Origin: a virus
IMG/VR virus record: IMGVR_UViG_3300045988_117155
Reading direction: 5' to 3' (one strand)
Length of the DNA: 43,750 nucleotides
The notes under the pieces were generated by a model. The model had not been told where the DNA came from, did no database searches, and saw only the letters and a program-made list of their open reading frames with translations. Shown piece after piece: positions 34,084-41,441 of the stretch (its first letter is position 1; each line of letters begins with the position of its first letter). A program made the translations under genes and the position numbers.

Positions 34084-34250
34084 TATGTACCTCCTTTCTG
34101 AGCTCGTCCTCGAATTATAAATGATTTACTCACTTACATTTATTATTATAACGTGTTTCTCAGCATTCGTATGCCAACAAAGCGCTCGAGGATTTACTGA
34201 TTTTAGTAAATTGTTCTATGCGGTTTTACCATTATCAGTAAAAAGCTCTA
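34084..34250 (-). promoter_or_regulatory. Repeat family R2, copy A: control region with two inverted repeats and a TATAAT box upstream of ORF A
   Basis: Inverted repeats are TTTACT-N6-AGTAAA at 34193-34210 and TTTTAC-N8-GTAAAA at 34224-34243. A minus-strand TATAAT lies at 34150-34145. About 75% identical to 35992-36150. Confidence 0.6.
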
Positions 34251-34445
34251 TTTATCCGGCTTCATTAGGTCTTCCGGCTCACATTCAAGGGCATTAGCTA
34301 ATTTTAAAGCGGTTTTAAGCGCAATATTCTCAGACTTAATGACATTATTTTCAATTTGCCATATTTTCTGATAATTTACGCCGCTTACCTCTGCGAGTCC
34401 GTGAAGTGTAAAGCCTTTTGCAAGTCGCAAATCTTTCAGTCCCAA
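34248..34445 (-). CDS. XRE-family HTH protein (about 65 aa), the terminal gene of the upstream accessory operon
   Basis: HTH segment FTLHGLAEVSGVNYQKIWQIENN. TTG 34445 lies 7 nt after GGAGGTGA. The GTG at 34463 is an alternative start. Confidence 0.75.
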   Translation of the reverse strand: MGLKDLRLAKGFTLHGLAEVSGVNYQKIWQIENNVIKSENIALKTALKLANALECEPEDLMKPDK

Positions 34446-34462
34446 TTTATCACCTCCCTTCA

Positions 34463-35179
34463 CTATAAGAGTTCCGTGCCTCTAAAAATCCGCCTAAGCG
34501 TCCATACGTCAGAGAAATACATCGGTGTATACCAATAATTCGCTAACGTATCATCTGAACACATCGGCCCGGTTAAAGTATTTCCTATTTTGATATACGC
34601 GGCTACGCCTAAGAGCGATAATTGTATGTAGCACATTAGCGCCGTAGTGTAATCAATATCTTGCGCTACCACAAGCACATGATTCTGATAGTTAAGTTTT
34701 CCTTCAAGCTGTTTTCGTATTTCATGTATTCCGGCTATTAAGGTTGCGCCTGCGCCGCAGCATGGGTCACAAACTGTTATGTAACTGTTCTTCTTAATCT
34801 GCGGCAGTATATCACCGATTGTAACTTTAGCCATAAGTTCACAAATGTGATATGGTGTAAAAAATTGCCCGCCGCTTTTGTTACCGAGCCCAAGATTTAT
34901 AAATATATTGCCGAGAAAGTCTTGCTCTTGATTTTCCTCTAAAGCAATGACTGTTTCTGCTGCAAGCTGAGGAAACAGCTCTCTCTCTTCTTTATTATAT
35001 TTCTGAATCGTTTTCAGGTACAAAGCCTCGCGCTCTTCATAATGGGTCTTATCCAGCGAATTTGATATGGCACAAGCAAACATCACAATGAAGTCTTTCC
35101 ACACCTCCCACGGCGAAAACCGATACGCCAGCTTATTAAAAATTTTTATAAATTGCTGGTTATTTGCCTGCTTCGTCAT
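34463..35179 (-). CDS. HsdM-like N6-adenine methyltransferase homologue, short, with a degenerate catalytic motif
   Basis: 238 aa. GQFFTP and motif I ([10 protein letters not shown]) are present. At the motif IV position TLANYWYTP replaces xxxNPPF/Y, and the protein ends about 22 aa later. GGAGGAAGG RBS. Confidence 0.65.
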   Translation of the reverse strand: MTKQANNQQFIKIFNKLAYRFSPWEVWKDFIVMFACAISNSLDKTHYEEREALYLKTIQKYNKEERELFPQLAAETVIALEENQEQDFLGNIFINLGLGNKSGGQFFTPYHICELMAKVTIGDILPQIKKNSYITVCDPCCGAGATLIAGIHEIRKQLEGKLNYQNHVLVVAQDIDYTTALMCYIQLSLLGVAAYIKIGNTLTGPMCSDDTLANYWYTPMYFSDVWTLRRIFRGTELL

Positions 35180-35723
35180 TCTGGCCTTCCTCCAATACAG
35201 CGTTAAGCTCAGTTAGACATTTTACTAAACCGCTTGTTGCTTCTTTTGTAGCTTGCTCCTGAGCTTTATGTATTGCTGCTTTGCGTACATAAAACAAAGG
35301 GTCTTTTAAAGCGTCTTCACAACCGTTGATAAAAGCGCGTACGTCTTTGACCTTATCAAATCCTGCTTCATTTTTATAGTCCGCTCTTGCCGAAAAGACA
35401 GTATATTTATGCGCGTTGCGTTTATCGTCAATCGCTATACCAAAATACATTTTATCGCGTTTGCTTTCATCTAAAGGCTCAAATCTTACGTCATCATATA
35501 GCGGGTCTTCTATAGGACAGTTATTCTTAAACCATACTCTGAAATTATCCAGAATAAAATCACTGTCAATGCCTTTTAGAATATGCCAGATTTTTGCTAA
35601 TCTTCCGGCAAGAGCCGTGTCGCTGCAAAACCAATCATACCAACCCGCTTCAATTTGAACATTTCTGTCCTTGATTAAAAAATCGCCGTTGCGGTATCTT
35701 TCGCAAAATTCTCTTACAGTCAT
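35160..35723 (-). CDS. Hypothetical protein (187 aa), first cargo gene of cassette B
   Basis: GGAGG lies 5 nt upstream of ATG 35723. Trp/Asp-rich N-terminal half ([10 protein letters not shown]...) and a helical C-terminus. No motif recognised. Confidence 0.7.
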   Translation of the reverse strand: MTVREFCERYRNGDFLIKDRNVQIEAGWYDWFCSDTALAGRLAKIWHILKGIDSDFILDNFRVWFKNNCPIEDPLYDDVRFEPLDESKRDKMYFGIAIDDKRNAHKYTVFSARADYKNEAGFDKVKDVRAFINGCEDALKDPLFYVRKAAIHKAQEQATKEATSGLVKCLTELNAVLEEGQNDEAGK

Positions 35724-35739
35724 TTTTGCCTCCTTAGTG

Positions 35740-35861
35740 TTTACATCTTTAAAAATATGTGGTATAATATATGAAGCTTGACCGGATGTAAGGTTCCGGG
35801 CATGCTTCGGTTGTATAGTCTGCGGTCTGTGTCAAGTAGAGCCGCAGGCTATTTTATTTTT
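35740..35861 (+). ncRNA. Counter-transcript sRNA-B (promoter 35740-35768; predicted transcript about 35775-35861)
   Basis: TTTACA, 17-nt spacer, TGgTATAAT on the + strand. Hairpins are CCGGA/TCCGG and AGTCTGCGG/CCGCAGGCT (35817-35850), followed by ATTTTATTTTT. No ORF. It is antisense to the leader of the 187-aa gene, and its 3' end overlaps the stop codon of ORF B. Confidence 0.6.
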
Positions 35862-35991
35862 GCTCTTCGGCCTTGAGCTTTTTAATAAGCTCTTCAAGGT
35901 TTTCACAGTCAAGAGCCATAAGTATGATTCTTAATCGCTCTGACCTCTTAGCCTCATCTCGAAGAGTCTCGGCCATATTCGGCGTCTTCAT
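35854..35991 (-). CDS. 45-aa hydrophilic ORF B, a paralogue of ORF A
   Basis: AAGGAG lies 8 nt upstream of ATG 35991. Translation: MKTPNMAETLRDEAKRSERLRIILMALDCENLEELIKKLKAEEQK. Confidence 0.6.
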   Translation of the reverse strand: MKTPNMAETLRDEAKRSERLRIILMALDCENLEELIKKLKAEEQK

Positions 35992-36150
35992 TCACCTCAC
36001 TCCTTTCAATAACGAGCTTGTCAGCTCGTCCTTACATTATTTATTTTAACGTATTTTACTGATTTCGTATGCCGACAAAACAGCCGAGGTTTTACTGATT
36101 TCAGTAAGTTCTCCTATGCGTATTTACTACAATCAGTAAAAGACTTTCTT
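35992..36150 (-). promoter_or_regulatory. Repeat family R2, copy B: control region with inverted repeats upstream of ORF B
   Basis: Inverted repeats are TTACTGA-tt-TCAGTAA at 36092-36107 and TTTACT-N6-AGTAAA at 36123-36140, with a half-site TTTTACTGA at 36054-36062. A leader hairpin ACGAGCT-tgtc-AGCTCGT lies at 36012-36029. Confidence 0.6.
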
Positions 36151-36243
36151 CCTATATAATTAAAGAAGATACTCGGGCTCTTGTATGGAGCCCATAAACT
36201 ATCCATATTTTGATATATCCTACTAAGTAATAGAAATAGCTTA

Positions 36244-36290
36244 CAAATAAAAAAGAGGCCATGCGGTGCGAATATGGACACCGTATGGCC
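36244..36290 (-). terminator. Rho-independent terminator of the late/lysis operon
   Basis: On the minus strand: GGCCATACGGTG-tccatattcg-CACCGCATGGCC followed by TCTTTTTTATTTG. It begins 13 nt after the endolysin stop. Confidence 0.85.
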
Positions 36291-36302
36291 GTTATATTAT
36301 TC

Positions 36303-37106
36303 TTACATTTTCATGTTAATCAATTTGCCGATAAATTTAACAACTCTGTACATCACCACGCACTGCCAGAGCTTATTGTCGTTCAAGCCGAGGCTGCCCT
36401 TGTCGTTCGTACCCTGAATAATACCTTTATCCACGCACCATTGAACTGCTTCATGCGCCCATGATGGCATGTTCTTGTCGATGTAGTTGTAAATCATCTC
36501 TGGCTCATTCACCTTTTGTTCGAGAGCCGCAATTCTCTTTTCAAATTCTTCTGCTTTCGTCATGTCAATATCCTCCTCATTATTTGCTTCCTGCCCTGTA
36601 ATCGCCGTGCATATCGCCTGCGCAATACGTTCAGCGCCTAATGATTTATACAAATCCACATCTGCCTGTGTGTCTACAAAGCACACCTCAATCAGCATAG
36701 CTTTAGCGTTACTTCTGCGTACAACATACAGATTTGACCCGTCCTTTACACCTCGGTTTACAAAACCGAGCTTATTAAGGGCATTGCATACGCTAACCGC
36801 TTCTGTATGCTGTGCCGCTCCATATGTATAAACCTCCGTACCTTTGCCGCCGCCTGCGTTAAAGTGTATCGACACAAACAGGTCAAGCGGCTGCTTATTT
36901 GCCAGTCCCACAATTTGACTTAGGTTACTGCTCGTAGTCGGTGCATAATCGTTTGTGCAATCATGTACCGTATGACCTGCTTGTTTAAGCAAGGTTATGA
37001 GCTTTTTACCAACGTTCCTTGTTTCAACACTTTCATCAATATAGCCGACAGCTCCGCATCCGGGCTGACCGCTTACTGTGTGTCCGCAGTTAATTCCTAT
37101 TCTCAT
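36303..37106 (-). CDS. Endolysin: N-acetylmuramoyl-L-alanine amidase (Amidase_3 type) with a C-terminal binding domain
   Basis: The N-terminus MRIGINCGH... and ...LFVSIHFNAGGG... are typical of Amidase_3. The C-terminus (PSWAHEAVQWCVDKGIIQG) resembles amidase C-terminal wall-binding modules. ATG 37106 follows GAGGTG. Confidence 0.85.
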   Translation of the reverse strand: MRIGINCGHTVSGQPGCGAVGYIDESVETRNVGKKLITLLKQAGHTVHDCTNDYAPTTSSNLSQIVGLANKQPLDLFVSIHFNAGGGKGTEVYTYGAAQHTEAVSVCNALNKLGFVNRGVKDGSNLYVVRRSNAKAMLIEVCFVDTQADVDLYKSLGAERIAQAICTAITGQEANNEEDIDMTKAEEFEKRIAALEQKVNEPEMIYNYIDKNMPSWAHEAVQWCVDKGIIQGTNDKGSLGLNDNKLWQCVVMYRVVKFIGKLINMKM

Positions 37107-37116
37107 ATTCTGCACC

Positions 37117-37317
37117 TCAATCCTCAACTTCCGGCAGACCCGCAACGCTTGTCAGCAGTGACAACACACCCGCCAGAGCCGAAGCCGAAGCGACCATTAC
37201 CCAATTTACATCACCCAAAACGGCTGATGTACCTATTGTCGCAACGGCTGTCTGCGCAACCGTCTTAACCGCTCTTACTCCTGCCGCTTTTATCCAATTC
37301 TTAAATGTGTCTTTCAT
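37117..37317 (-). CDS. Holin (small, phi LC3 / LL-H-like)
   Basis: 66 aa with hydrophobic helices and a charged C-terminus (...LPEVED). Directly upstream of the endolysin gene. Confidence 0.75.
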   Translation of the reverse strand: MKDTFKNWIKAAGVRAVKTVAQTAVATIGTSAVLGDVNWVMVASASALAGVLSLLTSVAGLPEVED

Positions 37318-37332
37318 TTTCCCTTCCTCCGT

Positions 37333-37593
37333 TTAAATTGAATTTTTAAGCTCTACGCCTTCAATAACTGCTCTTGCTTCAAGAACTGCGATATAATCTG
37401 TCATGGCTCTAATTTGCATATTGTATATGCTGCGCGGACAGGTAGGATTGAAATTCAATTCTCCCTTATCCCACTTCTCAAGCATTGCTTTCAGCTTTTT
37501 ATATCTGATTACTACCTGATAATATTCCGCTTTAAATCTCTCCTTATAGTCCGAGCTATTCATCATTTCTGCTGTTCCCAACAAATTCTCCAT
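37333..37593 (-). CDS. Hypothetical protein (86 aa) in the lysis cluster
   Basis: Helical and soluble. Lies between the XhlA-like and holin genes. Confidence 0.55.
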   Translation of the reverse strand: MENLLGTAEMMNSSDYKERFKAEYYQVVIRYKKLKAMLEKWDKGELNFNPTCPRSIYNMQIRAMTDYIAVLEARAVIEGVELKNSI

Positions 37594-37611
37594 TTCCGTT
37601 TCCTCCTATTA

Positions 37612-37920
37612 TTAAAATCCAATTCGGGTAGAAATATACCCTATTATAATACCTACAACCATTGTAACCGCATATGCCGTCACCTTGCGCCACATCTCAC
37701 CGTCACGGCTCTCCAAAACCTCAAGCCGCTCACCCTGCCGTACCTGTTCATTAAGCATACTTTCCATATTAACAGCAAGCTTTTCTATTGATGTACTGAG
37801 CGTGGCTATGCGTGTTGTACTTTCTTCAAGCAGTTCAATCCGCTTATTTTGTCGGCTATGCTCGTCCTCCATGCGGCGCGCAAATTCTTCATGCTCTACT
37901 CGTGTTATACAGTCCTCCAT
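37612..37920 (-). CDS. xhlA: XhlA-like membrane protein (lysis-associated)
   Basis: 102 aa with an N-terminal coiled coil (RVEHEEFARRMEDEH...RIELLE) and a single C-terminal TM segment (AYAVTMVVGIIIGYI). Confidence 0.7.
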   Translation of the reverse strand: MEDCITRVEHEEFARRMEDEHSRQNKRIELLEESTTRIATLSTSIEKLAVNMESMLNEQVRQGERLEVLESRDGEMWRKVTAYAVTMVVGIIIGYISTRIGF

Positions 37921-37921
37921 T

Positions 37922-38086
37922 TTACTCCTCCGTCTTATTTATTTCTGCGGCTAATTCTTTGTAGTCTTCTTCTGTCAAGCCGCCAGATATAAGAAGAATA
38001 TCAAACTTTGACAGCATAATCTCTTTATCCATTTTTCCGACTGCTACAATTTTCTTGCATAGCCCATAAGAACGTCCATGCTCCAT
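37922..38086 (-). CDS. XkdX-like small protein (54 aa from ATG 38086)
   Basis: AGGAGG lies 9 nt upstream of ATG 38086. The C-terminus (...ISGGLTEEDYKELAAEI) is like XkdX-family proteins found after tail fibre genes. Confidence 0.55.
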   Translation of the reverse strand: MEHGRSYGLCKKIVAVGKMDKEIMLSKFDILLISGGLTEEDYKELAAEINKTEE

Positions 38087-38103
38087 AATATTAAACCTCC
38101 TTT

Positions 38104-38493
38104 TTACTGAATACCCATTTCTACCATTGTCATACGGCATTCCATATCAAGCATAAAATCGTCGACATATTCAGGCAATGAAGCTTGATATGCTTCAAGA
38201 CTGCCATACGAAGCAATTTCTTCGATTTCCCTATTAAAGTCTTGCGTTTTTAGCTCAATACCCTCCATATACGAATACTGAGAATTGTCCAATTCTGTTT
38301 TAGAAATAATCTCTAAAAGCTGATGTTTAGGTACTACATTGACTTCAAGTTCATGCGCTCCTTCATCATCTACATAATAAATTTTATCCGTATATGTTTC
38401 TTTAGCTAAAGCTGTATAATGTCTTATAACAAGAGCGTATTGATTAAGGTGTATTTTACTATCTTTGACTACAAAATTATCAAGTATTTCCAT
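38104..38493 (-). CDS. Hypothetical protein after the tail fibre (XkdW-like position)
   Basis: 129 aa. The call rests on position only. Confidence 0.5.
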   Translation of the reverse strand: MEILDNFVVKDSKIHLNQYALVIRHYTALAKETYTDKIYYVDDEGAHELEVNVVPKHQLLEIISKTELDNSQYSYMEGIELKTQDFNREIEEIASYGSLEAYQASLPEYVDDFMLDMECRMTMVEMGIQ

Positions 38494-38509
38494 ATGTACT
38501 GCTCCTTTC

Positions 38510-40831
38510 TTAGCCCGATACCATATTATTTGCGTTTACGCTGCCCGTAGGAAATGTAGTATAAGATTGAGAGTATTGCAGTATGTTATTTGTGAATAAT
38601 ACTTTATTTCCATTAAAATTCATTTCTGAGCGGCCCACAAATGCGTTATTTGTTATCTGCGCCGGGCAGAGTACCTGTAGCTTATAGGCATCAGTTGTAT
38701 AACCGGTACTTGAATTTTTAAAAGTACAGCCCGTTATTTTACCGAAAGTCAAGTAAGTAGAAGCAGTATAATTTATTGTGCAATCTCGAAGTGCAGTATA
38801 AATTTTTTCGGCACTCGTTGTATAATGGCATAAAGATGCTTTATTTCCTAACGTAATATCGCAAGTGGCTACTTCAATATATGGACTGTCAATTATTGAT
38901 ACTCTATAAGACCCTGCGCCGTTAATTGTACAATTTTTTATGTAACCTGTTACATTAGAGCCGTAAATAAAATTAAGTTCAAAATTGTCGGGATTTATTG
39001 TATTACTACAATCATTAGTAATACTTATTGAGCCGCCGTCTATTTCTAAGCGGTTACACCGTATACCTGAGTAACACATATATTGACTATGCTCAGTAGC
39101 TTCTAAGCTATAATTACAGTTTTTCATTATTATAGTGTCAGCAATAAAAGCAGGTAGCTCAGAAACTTGCGACTCAGATATTGATATATCACAGTTTTCA
39201 AGTATAAGTACGCTGCCATTGCCTGTACCCAAATTTATAAAAGTAGTATTTTGAACTCCAACTCCTATACCCCAGTATAATTGAAGTTCAAGATTTTTAA
39301 GAGTTAGCTGTGGGCTAGTAGCCCCGCCGTTTTTTATACTGCAATTATTTTTAAAGTCAAGGCGCGCTTTACTTGTGCTAACCATAGAACGCCCTTCTAT
39401 AGTAACTTTTCGAGGTGCACGTAAAGATGACTCTGTTTGGCTTTCTGCTATATAAATATTATCATCTATAGTGAAATACGAGTTACCGTAAGTGGTAATT
39501 ATAGATAGCCTGCCAGCATTCGCAGTATGCCTTAATGCTTCCTGTATAATAGACGCAGCATTTGAAGAATCTGCAAAAAAATCGCAGCTTCGTATTATTT
39601 TATTGAGAAATTTAGGGAGATACGTTGTATTTCCGGCGGTATTCCAAGTCACACATGATGCGCGAACTAATTTTACGTCTAAGGGGTCAAGTATATGCGT
39701 TTCTGGTATGCTTCGCCACGAACTACCGTCATACCAAAACTCAATTACCTCATTCTCGTCCCAAGTGTTCGGGTACATAGAGGTGTCAGCGCTGGAGGCA
39801 TTAGGAACTCCGTAATAGCCCCTCACAAGTTTATTCGCTAAGTATACTGTTTTTGCGCCAGTATTTGAAACATTTAATCGAGCGTTAGTGCCAGACGCAA
39901 GAATAGCATGCGAGTATGTAAATTTAACTCTAATACGAACACCGTTTACAAGTTTAAAATTAGGTATGTCTACTACTTTATCTCGCGTAGCGCCCTCCGT
40001 GGAGCATACCCCATAATAATCAGGCTGCCTCCACGCAGGCGCGCCACTTCCATTACTGATAGGAATATAGCCTGCCGTACCTGCTGTCGTTGGGGCGTAC
40101 CACGTTTTTGCTACGCTGCTTTCGCCCGTATAGCTTGTAGACGTTCCGTTCATAGATAAAGTCAAGGCGTTTGGATTCTTCAAGGCTGTAGGCGTATTAT
40201 CCAAGTCGTTGTAGTCATTTGAAAATGCAACTACTTTTAAATCCGCAAACCATTTCTTAATTTTTCCAAAAGCAGTAGACAATTTTTCACCGCTTGCAAG
40301 ATTGTCACGCTCTTCTGCTTCCGTATATGTCGGGGTCTCGTCATTTATCGGAATACTTGTCATGCCGCAGTATACCCATTTGGGAGTTGCACCGTCCTGA
40401 TAAATGAACTCATATGTACAGCCAGCAACAATAAATTTTGAAATTAACTCATTATTGTAAGCGCGACTTGTGCCAATCGGGAACCACGCAAAATATGCGC
40501 CTGTTCCGTTTACATTTAACGTCATATAATTTGCGCTATTTCCATTATTAAAGGTAACGGCTATTCTTGCGCCGTCATATATTTTAAAGTCGGGGCACGT
40601 AACGACTTTCCCTGTAGTGCCTTTTGCGGTAGTGCATACACCCGATAATGGGATAGGCGCGCAGCTAAGCTTTTCCTGAAGCTCCTTTATACATTTACCT
40701 GTTTTATTCCAGAACCAATTAAAAAAAGCAGCTGGCGGTTTATATCCCGCCTGAAAGCCCATTTTTTTTATTTCTTCTGTCGGCTCCGTACCTTCATTTT
40801 CCCATTCGGGCGGCTTGTTTGTAAAATTCAT
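38510..40831 (-). CDS. Tail fibre / receptor-binding protein with a C-terminal parallel beta-helix (depolymerase-like)
   Basis: 773 aa. The N-terminus (NKPPEWENEGTEP...PPAAFFNWFWN) is typical of fibre anchors. Two copies of an internal domain follow (...LNVNGTGA.../...LNVSNTGAK...). The C-terminal third has repeated N/G-C-x-I/F rungs (ENCDISI, KNCNYSL, KNCTING, RDCTINY, TGCTFKN). Confidence 0.8.
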   Translation of the reverse strand: MNFTNKPPEWENEGTEPTEEIKKMGFQAGYKPPAAFFNWFWNKTGKCIKELQEKLSCAPIPLSGVCTTAKGTTGKVVTCPDFKIYDGARIAVTFNNGNSANYMTLNVNGTGAYFAWFPIGTSRAYNNELISKFIVAGCTYEFIYQDGATPKWVYCGMTSIPINDETPTYTEAEERDNLASGEKLSTAFGKIKKWFADLKVVAFSNDYNDLDNTPTALKNPNALTLSMNGTSTSYTGESSVAKTWYAPTTAGTAGYIPISNGSGAPAWRQPDYYGVCSTEGATRDKVVDIPNFKLVNGVRIRVKFTYSHAILASGTNARLNVSNTGAKTVYLANKLVRGYYGVPNASSADTSMYPNTWDENEVIEFWYDGSSWRSIPETHILDPLDVKLVRASCVTWNTAGNTTYLPKFLNKIIRSCDFFADSSNAASIIQEALRHTANAGRLSIITTYGNSYFTIDDNIYIAESQTESSLRAPRKVTIEGRSMVSTSKARLDFKNNCSIKNGGATSPQLTLKNLELQLYWGIGVGVQNTTFINLGTGNGSVLILENCDISISESQVSELPAFIADTIIMKNCNYSLEATEHSQYMCYSGIRCNRLEIDGGSISITNDCSNTINPDNFELNFIYGSNVTGYIKNCTINGAGSYRVSIIDSPYIEVATCDITLGNKASLCHYTTSAEKIYTALRDCTINYTASTYLTFGKITGCTFKNSSTGYTTDAYKLQVLCPAQITNNAFVGRSEMNFNGNKVLFTNNILQYSQSYTTFPTGSVNANNMVSG

Positions 40832-41436
40832 AGTATCATCCTTTCCATTAGCCCTAAATATCCGCCTATATTTCCTTCTACATCAGCAAACCCCTTGTCA
40901 GGGTCATACTCGTTATCAATATCAGAAAACTCAAATGTCCCTGTAAAGCCATATTTTTCGATTTTTACACCCAGTGGCAGCATATCTTCAACTATTGCAA
41001 TAATATCCGTAGTTGTAAATCCTGCACTGAGTACCGTTCCAAGAGGAATATCCTTTATGTTAACTTTATTCGGCGTGCTGCTCTCAACAATATGTATTAC
41101 AGATTTATCGCATTGCAACGCATATGCCAAGGATTCAACCAAATCAGGAAATGAACCGTTAACTATATTCTGCATCATTTTAGCGCGTAACCGTATTATA
41201 TATTGCTTATCATTAAGAGTTCCGCGCTGTAAATGTACCCGACCGCCATAAATAGCGTCTAACACTTTACCTTTTGCGTTATTGATATTTAGAGCATTAA
41301 ATAAATCCGCCGAAGCGGATTTTAAAATATCGGTTGTATTTTTATTTATTTGAAGCAGTTTATAGTTATTGCTGCCGGTGTCCTTCTTAAAGGCGTCCGG
41401 TAAATTTTTAATAGGGTCATCATAATTTATATTCAT
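40828..41436 (-). CDS. Baseplate protein (XkdU / DUF2313-like)
   Basis: 202 aa, immediately after the baseplate J-like gene with a 4-nt overlap into the fibre gene. Confidence 0.6.
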   Translation of the reverse strand: MNINYDDPIKNLPDAFKKDTGSNNYKLLQINKNTTDILKSASADLFNALNINNAKGKVLDAIYGGRVHLQRGTLNDKQYIIRLRAKMMQNIVNGSFPDLVESLAYALQCDKSVIHIVESSTPNKVNIKDIPLGTVLSAGFTTTDIIAIVEDMLPLGVKIEKYGFTGTFEFSDIDNEYDPDKGFADVEGNIGGYLGLMERMIL

Positions 41437-41441
41437 TGGAA

